From Eledone cirrhosa (lineage: Eukaryota): a stretch of DNA of 64,000 nt. Positions 14,432-25,235 of this stretch are shown one piece after another. A model generated the notes under the pieces. The model searched no databases. It was not told the origin of the DNA and saw nothing but the letters and a program-made list of their open reading frames with translations. A program made the translations under genes and the position numbers. The number at the start of each line of letters is the position of its first letter. The first letter of the stretch is position 1. The DNA is taken from contig OZ024740.1 of the NCBI GenBank assembly GCA_964016885.1, forward strand, positions 305,040,001-305,104,000, read 5' to 3'.

Positions 14432-14447
14432 TACTAATATTTTATAG
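14432..14447 (+). promoter_or_regulatory. Possible branch point and splice acceptor in the SCCPDH 5' UTR
   Basis: 'tactaat' followed by 'attttatag|' 19 nt upstream of the ATG. The branch-to-AG spacing is short. Confidence 0.3.
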
Positions 14448-14466
14448 CTGAGAACAAAGAAAAAAA

Positions 14467-15744
14467 ATGGCCGCGGATGACAAGAAGTTTGATATTGTGA
14501 TTTTTGGAGCGAGTGGTCTCACTGGCAAATATATTATTGAAGAACTCTCTCGGGTTGCCAATGAAAACAAAATCAAATGGGCGATTGCAGGTAGAAACAT
14601 GCAGAAGCTACAAACCGTCTTGTCAGACATTTCAAATACCACTGGACAGGATTATTATTCCGACGTACCAATCATAATTGCTGACGCCCAAAATAATAAA
14701 TCTCTTTTGGAAATGTGCGCAGAGGCCAAGTGCCTTATTAACTGCTGTGGCCCTTTCGTTTATTTTGGTACAAAAATTGTGGAAGCCTGTATTGAATCTA
14801 AAACGCACTATGTTGACGTCTCGGGAGAACCTTTATTTTTGGAGAAAGTACAGCTTCTTTACAACAATTCTGCTCAAGAAAACAACGTTTATATTGTCGG
14901 ATCCTGTGCTTTCCGCTGCCTTCCTATTGATGTTGGTATTATGTATACTTCACAGCAATTTGATGGTGATCTTAACAATGTAGAAGCTTATCTTTCTATC
15001 GATGGGCCAGTGAAAGCTGGTCCGACTACATTCGAATGTCAGGTGTATGGGTTTCAGCACAAGAATGAACTCAAAGGATTGAGGAAACGTTTATTTACAA
15101 CGAATGATTATAAATTTAAACATGTAGTAAAGCCTAAAAGTGGTTTGTTTTACGATAAATCAAGTTCCAAATATTGTAGTGTCTGGCCTGATGCCTACAG
15201 GTCAATTGTTTATCGCTCCCAGAGATTTCTCCAAGACCACGAAAAGAAACGACCAACTCAATATGCTTTTTATTTTTGCAACGAGTCTCTTCTTTTCTTC
15301 ATTCTTATGTTTTTTTCTGGTCTCTGCCTAAATTTATTATCTAGGTTCTCCCTTGGAAGAAAGTTGCTCATGGCTTTTCCGAAATTTTTCAGCGGGGGTG
15401 TTGTTCAAGCTGGTGGTCCGACTAAACAGGAAATAGAAAATAGTTCATTTTCTATTAAGTTTTGCGGGAATGGTTACCCAAGCAATGTCAAAGAATTAAC
15501 CGACACCCACAGTGATTTACCTAACAAATCTATTATTACGCAGATCCATGGACCCGAGCCTGCTTATGTTACCACCGCCATTTGTGCCACTCAGGCAGCA
15601 ATTGTTATCCTGGAAGAAAACCGTGATATGCCAGACAACGGAGGGGTTTTCACCCCAGCTGCTGCTTTTGCTAACACCAATCTGGTACAGAGACTTTGCA
15701 AACGGAATATCAAATTTCAACTTGTGTCCTCTAAAGATAACTAA
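14467..15744 (+). CDS. SCCPDH: Saccharopine dehydrogenase-like oxidoreductase, 425 aa, single coding exon
   Basis: Rossmann motif FDIVIFGASGLTG, WAIAGRN, NCCGPF, HYVDVSGE, GPEPAYV and C-terminal GGVFTPAAAF...LVQRL. Length is typical of the family. Start context is aaaATGG. Confidence 0.93.
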   Translation: MAADDKKFDIVIFGASGLTGKYIIEELSRVANENKIKWAIAGRNMQKLQTVLSDISNTTGQDYYSDVPIIIADAQNNKSLLEMCAEAKCLINCCGPFVYFGTKIVEACIESKTHYVDVSGEPLFLEKVQLLYNNSAQENNVYIVGSCAFRCLPIDVGIMYTSQQFDGDLNNVEAYLSIDGPVKAGPTTFECQVYGFQHKNELKGLRKRLFTTNDYKFKHVVKPKSGLFYDKSSSKYCSVWPDAYRSIVYRSQRFLQDHEKKRPTQYAFYFCNESLLFFILMFFSGLCLNLLSRFSLGRKLLMAFPKFFSGGVVQAGGPTKQEIENSSFSIKFCGNGYPSNVKELTDTHSDLPNKSIITQIHGPEPAYVTTAICATQAAIVILEENRDMPDNGGVFTPAAAFANTNLVQRLCKRNIKFQLVSSKDN

Positions 15745-15939
15745 ATACCTTAAATTTTCTCTTTGCTTGTTTTTATTTTATTTTTTAATTGAATGTATGT
15801 GTTTATTAACGTTTGAATTGATTTACTGAGACTTTAAGGACTGTAAATATCTCCCAGTATTACAAACATTCAACTTGATGGCGTCTCTGACAACTTTAGC
15901 AACAACACTTAAATTCCGCCATAAAAAAAATTAATGTAA

Positions 15940-16141
15940 CTTGATGTGATGTGTCGTGTTTTCCACTGACAATGTTACAAGATGTATGTGATATGTGGTG
16001 TTTGTGTAACTTAACTTTCCACTGACAATGTTACAAGATGGATGTGATGTTTTTTTTTTTTTAAGTTAAATTTCTACTGACAATGCTACAAAATGTATGT
16101 GATATGTGGTCTTTCTAAAGTAACTGACAATGCTACAAGAT
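15940..16141 (+). repeat. Four tandem 50-60 bp repeats in the putative SCCPDH 3' UTR
   Basis: 'actgacaatgttacaagatg(t/g)atgtgat' occurs four times. An AATAAA follows at about 16156. Confidence 0.75.
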
Positions 16142-18299
16142 TTAATTTAATTTAAAATAAATACCCAGCCCGACTTTTTCACCCTCTATCATTTAGTAAT
16201 GTCTGTAAAATATCACCCAGTAGTTACATTATTATATAATTATATATATTGAAATGAAAGTTGTTTAATAAGTAATTAACATGGTTGAACAATGTCTAAC
16301 ACTTGACTTTTCCTATTAATACTAATTTTGTTTCTTTTGAATTCAGTATAAATTCTACCTATATCTTTTTAACGTGTTCTGAAGTTTTAAGGAGTCATTA
16401 AGTTAAGTTTCTAGTATTAGATTATCAGTTATAAGTAGCTACCAACAACTATAAATCTCTTACACCAATATCGATCCAACTTTACAAACACACTTGATCA
16501 ATATCACACCCAGTTATAACTAACTATCTCTACCAACACTAAACTGTTTATAGTTTAAAGCTACTATACTTATTTCTTGTTATTTATTTTTATTTAATTT
16601 ACTATTTACCTGGGCTGACTAATTCTCTTGGTATTGGTTACATTTTTTTTCTTGCCAGCTTGAACGATGTTTTCCTTCATATCTCTATTGGTAGGTGTAA
16701 TTTTGTGTAACAAACAGCATTGTGGCCTGTTTACCTGAGTTTTGCTTTCTCACGGACCAACCTACATGCCTTCTGATATTGATTAAATCTGTAGCATGGC
16801 ACGAATAAAAGCTGATTGTTTTCGTCTAATTTTAGCTGTGCACTGTAATATTGGAAAGTTTATTCATGTACAGTAAGGTCACACTGACATTACACTCACT
16901 TATAACAAACCTATTTATTTAAGGACTTAAGCTGAGAAAAAAAAATGATGTGGAATATGAAAATAGACAGCCTGACTATATTTTCTATATATGTTGTGAC
17001 TAACTTGAAGTATCTGGCCACGTGGTAGCCTGATTTGTTAGAAATAGTAGTTGAATCTCCCTCAAATCACATTCCACAATAACAGATAATGTGCGAGATG
17101 CCCACCTCTCCCATAACGGATGGGATACTCATTACAGAAATGTCATTCATTATCTGTCGAATCAATTAAGTTAACTGTAAACAAAACAAAATGGAGTGAA
17201 GTGGACATAGTTTTAAAGTAAATTTGCTTTAATTAAACTCTTGTGGAATATTCCCTATGAAATTAACTAACCTTATTTATATTCCCTCTACACTGTTTTG
17301 GCCTTAACATTCCATGTTATTGTTTTCCTTTTTCCTTTGTGAAAAAGTTCATTTTTTGAGAGACAAAATGTTTACGCTAACGTTTATTTCGAAATTTCGT
17401 GACAAAACATAACAGCGAAATACTTCAACAATCCATGTAGTTGAAGTAAATGTTAAAGTCCCATACAAATATTTCTCTTCGTCATTGCCGAGTCTGTGGG
17501 TAGACAAGCCGATTATATTACGAATTCTGTTGAATAGTCTTAAATACTTCAATAATTTGAGAAATATAAATTTTTCGTATATATTATATATGTGTGTAGT
17601 TCTGTTATGATATATTTTATTTTATTTTATTTTTTTTACAAACGTCTGAAGTTTCTGTGATACATACCTAGAGTAAGTTTCTTTCAAAAACATTGAAATA
17701 ATCACCAGATTTGTGCCTTAGATTTTCTTTTCTTATTCATTGTAACAAAATAATTTTTTTAAATTCCTACCTAATGTCACATTATTTTCCTTGGTCATAT
17801 GTAATCACATTTAAAATGTTAATAACTTTTGCTTCACTATAATTTACTATTCCAATATTTCTGTACAAATAATATACATAAACATACTTAAAAAAACTTG
17901 TAAACATGTTGTTTTAAATCTATTTTATTTAAAACTCAGTAGCAAGATAATTTCTAAAATTCATGTTTTCAGCAGTTTTGTTACAAAACTGTTTCTGTTA
18001 ACAGTGTAAATTAAAAAATATGTTACTATTTATTTTGCTAATCCCGTTCTAATTATGTCACCTTATGTTATAAGGTTTTGCCGTCATTTCTAAGCTTTCA
18101 TATCAATGTATTCAAAATATAATAAATCTATTGAAACAAATGTTGAATTTTCCTTTGAATATTTTTTGCTCCTCGCATCTGTTTGCTATATCTAGCGAAC
18201 ATTCTTTCACAACAGATGCTAGACCTCAATCTGTCACCGAAAATACTATCTACTATAAAGGATGGCTTTCTTTTTCAAATTCAGAAAATATTTCATCTC

Positions 18300-18450
18300 T
18301 GCGAAGTTGCTGATCCTCAAAACTGAAGTTCGATCCATACTAGTGGAGTATTGTTCACATATTGAGGGTAATACTGATATTGTTCACTCAGAAATATTCC
18401 GGACTACCTCCAAACTAATTATGATTGACAATCTCCTTGATAAACATGAT
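18300..18450 (+). mobile_element. Highly degenerate CR1/Jockey-like RT fragment
   Basis: KTEVRSILVEYCSHIEG resembles the 'K..IRP.LEYCS.IW' motif. Confidence 0.4.
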
Positions 18451-19129
18451 ATAGTTACTCTTCGGTCTTGAATTTGTTAAACTAATCGACTAATTCTGAG
18501 TTTTAAAAAAAAGATCAAGGGAGACAACCTAGAAAAATTATCATTTTTTTTTTTTCCCCAAACGCCTCAGCTTACCTCCGCCCTCATTTTTGAGATCCAA
18601 GAAAAGTTAACATAGTCGTGTTTCTTCTCTCCGCCACTACTGTAAAACCTCTGCTCCTCTTAACTAGTAAGCTGTATACTGAAGCTAATCTAATGTCATT
18701 CTTACTCCCTCATTCCTTAATTTTCCTTAAAGTTAAAAGAACAACCTCCATTTTGATCTTGCTAGTCTGAGAGGAGCTATAAAAGCTTAGGTTACTGACT
18801 CCATTTTGCTGAATAAGTTTTGGGATATGCAATCTTTGTGCATCCATACCACGCCTCTCAGGACAGGTCACAGACCTATTGCCAGTTTTTATGGCATGAA
18901 ATGGAGAATGCAATATATTTTTCGAACGGGCCCCACTAACCTAAGGAATAAGTAATTGTTAAAATATTTCTCCTAGTAAATGAAACCATAATGGTAATTT
19001 ATATATTTCTTTTGTAAACCAGAATAATAATGAAAACCACTTTTAAGAAAAATTTGTTGGTAACAATTGAATTAAATGGTTTTGTTCCATAGATAAATTA
19101 CTTACTCTCCATTAAAATAGAATTATCCG

Positions 19130-19400
19130 ATTAAAATATCGTTCATCTGCTACCCGCCAGCCTGAAGAGGACAAACTGTCCAAGTATTGGCCGCTCTCTG
19201 ATAGGTTTGTGGTAGAGCTTGTAAGCAGTAAAGACTTCTGGCCCTGGACCACATCCCTACCCTCTGCTATCGGAGCGAAGTTGGCTGCCCACAGTTGCAA
19301 GCCGTGTGAGGTGGAGTACCTGTTCCAGCATGTTTCCCTCGCTGCCCTCCAGGGCAATGTATTCTCCATCCTGTCAGGCAGAACCATGAGGCTTAGGGTA
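19130..19400 (+). mobile_element. CRE-clade REL fragment
   Basis: EEDKLSKYWPLSDRF...IGAKLA...EVEYLFQHVSLAALQGNVFSIL. Confidence 0.7.
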
Positions 19401-20349
19401 AGTTAGTTGGAGGTGGAGGATACTCATTCAGACATCACATTTATGTATACTTCAATGAACTTTCAAATTATAGATGAGTGTTTCTTGCTACCTAGTTTTC
19501 CAGATTGCTTGATTAAAGTATTTGTCTAACGTTCTGGTTCAGTAATAAAACTTAAGACTAAATTGTTTGTTTCAATAAGTTATTACAGAAACAGTCAACC
19601 CTTTACTAATATCATAAACAAATATAAAGTATGTATATAGGAAGACCACGAAAAACATGGGCAGAGGTGGTGAGAGCTGACCTCAGAGATTGCTGAAGCT
19701 CACAGGAAATGACGAAGGACCGTGATAAATGGAGAAGGAAAAGCGGGCATAAAATGATGATGATGATATATATTGAAATATGTTAGCACTTCTTTTATAG
19801 CTAACTATTCAGACATGGTAGATGTGGAATCTATAGTTAACAAAAAGAATTTGAGCCTTGCCTAATGGACACAATACAACTGCAGTGACTATTCTCTCAC
19901 ATTTGATACCAAACTATCTTAGATTTATAATGTACCCGTAACTTCTGAGGGAATCGTAGGGACACCATATTGACATACAGCATTCTAGGGTATTTTAAAA
20001 CCTGGCAGAGCCCATCTCTCCAGGTTGAATACTGCAGATTTCTTCCAAAGAAGGACAGAACGAGTGAGAGAAAGGTATAGAGGAAGAATTGGTTATTTTC
20101 AAAATTAATGGAAACACATAGTGAATTTCAGTAAAAATATGGTTATGAATAGGTTAAACATTACAAATGCTTACTATAGCTACTAGTTACTTGGCTTTTG
20201 CCACAACCACTATCACCATTAAAGTTATGATTTTGTCAGACTTCTTGAGGTCTTGTATTGCATCTTTTCTGTACATGTTATTTGCACTGAGTATATAATA
20301 TTGAGCTCCTGCTTATTGTTGACATTTTGGTTCTAGAACAGTCTGTATA

Positions 20350-20612
20350 GTTTGTCTTTCTCAAGCCAGAAGGCTCATTAGGATGGTTCTTATCCTTGTT
20401 GATGGCAAGACTCCCTCTGAACAGGACACCAGTCCATCACAGGGTTAAACCCCCAGCTATTGCTGGTTTTCATTTTCAGCTGAGTATACTGGAGCAATGT
20501 GAAATGAATTGTTTTTCTCAAGAGCACAACACAAAACCCAACCCAGGAATCGAACTCACGACATATGATTGTAAGTCCACTACCATTGCCAACAAAGCCA
20601 TGCATACAAGTG
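20350..20612 (-). mobile_element. CORE-type SINE
   Basis: 'cagctgagtatactggagcaatgtgaaatgaattg...caagagcacaac...caggaatcgaactc'. Confidence 0.75.
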
Positions 20613-20673
20613 CTTAAATATATGGTCTAGGAGAAATGACCATTGATGAAATCAGTCCTAAACTTGTGTTATA

Positions 20674-20704
<31 letters not shown>

Positions 20705-21069
20705 AAGACATAAGAGGATCTCCTATGCTAAACTCACTGCAAACCCTAATTATTTATACCCTATCTTTCATGGGATAGACTTGCATTCTAAGTGACTTTT
20801 CTCCCTCACTAGTCAATAGGAGGGGAAGCCTTATTTGAAGTATTAACTTATTTTCATATATTGTTGAAGAATAAAAACTAAAATTTTAGCTATTTTTAAT
20901 GAGAACTCCCTTAACATTTTCCTGTTTATGGAATCCACCCTTCTCTCAATTCTTTGGCTTGGAAGTTCCTTCATTTTTTATTTTCTTTCTCTATTTAAAC
21001 AACCTACAAACTTTTTAGTAGAATCTGCTTGGGGAAATACTGCTCTAAGGTAAAGCTAAAAAAATTGTA

Positions 21070-21453
21070 ACTTTTCTCGTGTCTCGTATAATTGCACCCC
21101 ACCTCCCATTAATTTTTCAGATCCCCCCTCAACCCCACTCTTATCCCCCACCCCACCCACACAACTTATTAAATTTTGTTAATCTATCTCCTTAAAATTC
21201 TATTTTAAGTGGTAGCATTCCTGCAACAATTAATTTTCTTTATACACTTTAATGTATAAAAAGCATTATACATGACAAAAAAGAACTTTACAAGAAATCT
21301 CATACGTTATAGAATAAATAGGATGGGTTGGGGTCAGGTCTCAATATGTAAACTAAACAACTAATTCTGTTTTTCTTTTAAATCAAGGGAGACAACCTAA
21401 AAAATTTCCGATTTACACCACCACCACCCCTTATTATTTGGGACCCGAAAGTA
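21070..21453. mobile_element. Tc1/mariner-type MITE, same family as 31986-32346
   Basis: Right end 'ttattatttgggacccgaaagta'. The internal sequence is homologous to the complete copy. Confidence 0.7.
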
Positions 21454-22082
21454 ACCATTTTCTTTTAGCCAACTGAAGCTTTATTTGAATATATATCATG
21501 TATAGAGAGGGGCAGTTAATAGTTTGATGATATGAATCACATTTAATGGACTTAATACTAGCAACTACTGAAGATAAAGAAAAACAAACTGAGTATTAAA
21601 TATATACAGGAGTAAGTTGATGAAGCAAGGCTGACTTAATTTAGGCAAATCATGTATTAGATTACCAAAAAAAAAAGGTAATTTTAGTCTTCCTAAAGTA
21701 CACTCCTATCTATGGAATTTGGACTGTGTTTAACTTAGTGAAAACTAATTGAAATTATTAGATGAACTAAACACTGATTTTTTTTATGTAGTTCTTTTGT
21801 TTTCTTTTTATTAGTCAGCACACTAATCTCAAATCATGAAAATCTGCATATTACCAGATAACTAGACTAGCTAATATGTGGTTGTTGAATGTTAGAAAAA
21901 GCAACCAAATTGCTCAAATCATACTTAACTGACTTTAAAATAAAAGGTAGGGTGAAGTAGCAGATTGTAGTCTATGATAAACTGTCTGAAAAAGACAGGA
22001 TGGTCACAGCTAGAATGCTTTTGTTCATAGGTTGCTGACGTAGGACTAAACAAACAAGATTTAACTCCAAGTGATCACTTAC

Positions 22083-22123
22083 AATTAAAGAGATGTCAGT
22101 TGACATGCAGTGATAACCTACAT
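22083..22123 (-). CDS. Candidate 41-nt internal exon (DVGYHCMSTDISLI)
   Basis: Minus strand 'tctttcag|ATGTAGGT...TTAATT|gtaagt' has canonical acceptor and donor. Only one frame is open (phase 1 in, phase 0 out). Protein not recognised. Confidence 0.4.
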
Positions 22124-23249
22124 CTGAAAGACTGTTATTAATATTTTTTGTGCTGCAACTACCAATATACTGAAACATACATATTGAAACAATTTTGTGC
22201 AGTTTATATATGCTCATGTGATTCAACTTGCATGTGCATAGTAGTCATAAGGAAGGATATGCAGTAGTCATGTGCAACTACTTCACCTACACACATATAG
22301 TAAATTGATTACAAAAGTATCCCATGACAGTTTAAGTTTATTGAAATACTTCAAAAGATCTCATTACATAATAAGCAAATTTTGGTTAAATGTTTAATAC
22401 ATTTTTTTTTTGTTTTTTAATGAAACTTTCATTTGCAGTTTAGATTTTTCTATTTTCTTTTGTGAGGGTTTTTTTTAATGAATCTTAAATGTTTGAATTT
22501 TCTTTTATAATGATATAAGTTGAACAGCTTTAGAAATAAAGATATTTGCATAAAGTGAAGCATTATGTAATGTTGTTCTTGACTAACAGTACATCAACTG
22601 TACTTTAGTAGAGCATTGACACAAGAGGAGCTGATCTAATACTTGAAAACAACCCACACAAGATGCTTTCATTAGATATTCAGCTCCCAGTTTGAAAGAG
22701 TCTCAGAATCGATAGCCTATGCTTTCACCATCTCAATCATCCAGGCTTGCAACATCAGTTTATGGTGGATCTATTCAGTGACTTCTTCCCTTCCATAGTC
22801 TCTCTCATTGGAGTGGTGTTCACTTGCAACCCTAATTTCCAATCTTGGCTTTTGAGTTCTCCTTTCTTTCTATGCTGTCAAACCTCAAGCAATTACTCAA
22901 AAACATCAATGTATCAATGTATTTTTTTGTCCTTAGGAATTACCTGCTCACCCTCGATATATTACACATCCTTAAGGCTAGTCCCTCATTTAAATTTTCA
23001 TTCTCATCCCTGTTATTCCTTGACAACGTAATAATCAAGAGACTCAAAAGTTTGGTTAATATTGGACTTATTTCAAATTCCCATGACCAAGCTGCAGTGC
23101 CCAAATGAATTGAAGTCTTAAACCTACATAAATGCTCATCTCTATTTCTACTTAGCTGCTTCTCTGAGGTGGATTAAGTTCTACTGCAGTAAAAGGAGCT
23201 GTGTTTCTCAGACCCATAGCAAGATAGATTCAGAGAGTTTGGGATAGCC

Positions 23250-23464
23250 AATAATGACATTTATTAGAAATGAAATAAGTCAAGTGCCTTATTAACTGCT
23301 GTGGCCCTTTCATTTATTTTGGTCCAAAAATTGTGGGAGCCTGTATTAAATATAAAACACCATATGGACATATCTGGAGAAAGTAGAAATTCAGTACATT
23401 TGCTCAAGAAAACAATGTTTGTGTTGTTGATTCCTGTGCTTTCCACAGCCTTCCTATTGACGTT
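23250..23464 (+). pseudogene. SCCPDH: SCCPDH pseudogene fragment
   Basis: 'caagtgccttattaactgctgtggccctttcatttattttggtccaaaaattgtgg...ccttcctattgacgtt' aligns to about 14697-14934, with internal deletions. Confidence 0.9.
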
Positions 23465-25085
23465 CTAGAATTTTAAGGGGTAATTCAGTTAAGTTTCTTG
23501 TATTAAATTAACATTTGTAAGTAGCTACCAACAGCTATAAATCTCTTACACCAATATTGATCCAGCTTTACAGACCTGATCAATATCACACCCAGTTATA
23601 ACTCTACCAACAATAAACACTAAACTGTTTCTACTATACTTATTTCTTGTCATTTATTTTTATTTAATTTACCATTTACCTGGGCTGACTAATTCTCTTG
23701 GTATTGGTTACATTTTTTTTTCTTGCCAGCTTGAATGATATGTTTTCCTTCATATTGGTTGGTGTAATTTTGTAAAATTGCTAGCAAACATCATTGTGGC
23801 CTGTTTACCTGAGTTTTGGTTTCTCACGGACCACCCTACATGCCTTCTGATATTGATTAAATCTGTAGCATGGAACGAATAAAAGCTGATTGTTTTCATC
23901 TAATTTTAGCTGTGCACTGTAATATTGAAAAGTTTGTTCATGTACAGTAAGGTCACACTGACATTACACCCACTTATAACAAACCTATTTTATTTGATGA
24001 CTTAAGCTAAAAAAATTAATAAATGGGACGTGGAATATGAAAATAGACAGCCTGACTATTTTCTATAAATGTTGTGACTAACTTGAAGTATCTGGCTACG
24101 TGGTAGCCTGATTTGTTTGAAATAGTAGTTGAATCTCCCTCAAATCACATTCCACAAGAACTTTGATAATGCTGTCTTAAATGCACTCCTCTCTCGAAAT
24201 GGATGGGATACTCAACCAGAATGCCATTCATTTTCAGTTTGACAAAACATAACAGCAAAATACTTCAACAATCCATATTATAGTTTAAGTTGAAGTAAAT
24301 GTTAAAATCCCATACAAATATTTCTCTTCGTGTCTGTTACACAAAATAACAAACCAAATTAATTAGTTTGTCATTAAACTAACTCTATTCTATTATGATA
24401 GATTTTATTTCACTGTTTTTTTATTGTTTTTTTTTTTGTTTTTTACAAACTTCTGAAGTTTCTGTGATACATACCGAGAGTAAGTTTCTTTCAAAAACAT
24501 TGAAATAATCACCAGATTTGTGCCTTAGATTTTCTTTTCTTATTCATTGTAACAAAATAATTTTTTTAAATTCCTACCTAATGTCACATTATTTTCCTTG
24601 GTCATATGTAATCACATTTAAAATGTTAATAACTTTTGCTTCACTATAATTTACTATTCCAATATTTCTGTACAAATAATATACATAAACATACTTAAAA
24701 AAACTTGTAAACATGTTGTTTTAAATCTATTTTATTTAAAACTCAGTAGCAAGATAATTTCTAAAATTCATGTTTTCAGCAGTTTTGTTACAAAACTGTT
24801 TCTGTTAACAGTGTAAATTAAAAAATATTTTCTTACTATTTATTTTGCTAATCCCGTTCTAAGTATGCCACTTTATGTTACAATCACATTTAAAATATCA
24901 ATTTTTTGCTTCACTATAATTTACTATTCCAATATTTCTGTACAAATAATATACATAAACATACTTTAAAAAACTTGTAAACATGTTTTAAATCTATTTT
25001 ATTTAAAACTCAGTAGCAAGATAATTTCTAAAATTCATCTTTTCAGCTGTTTTGTTTCAAGTATTTGTTACAAAACTGTTTCTAT
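23462..25085 (+). repeat. Tandem segmental duplicate of the SCCPDH 3' flank (about 16376-18070)
   Basis: Colinear homology, for example 'gtagctaccaaca.ctataaatctcttacaccaat' at 16434 and 23521. It has several deletions and an extra partial repeat at 24883-25085. Confidence 0.92.
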
Positions 25086-25199
25086 AACAAATTTATATAT
25101 TTATATGATTTTTGTATTAGGAAAGAATGAACTGCTGTCATATCAAAGAGGTGTGGAGAATAAATACAATAAATTTTTATATATATCAACAAAAACACA

Positions 25200-25235
<36 letters not shown>

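Noticed and set aside
14467-15744. Horizontal transfer from bacteria as the reason for the lack of introns
   Set aside because: The length, the hydrophobic segment near residues 275-300 and the C-terminal GGVFTPAAAF motif fit animal SCCPDH, so retroposition is simpler. A phylogeny would settle it.
14678-15829. Overlapping alternative-frame and antisense ORFs within SCCPDH
   Set aside because: They are shadows of the real CDS with no recognisable motifs.
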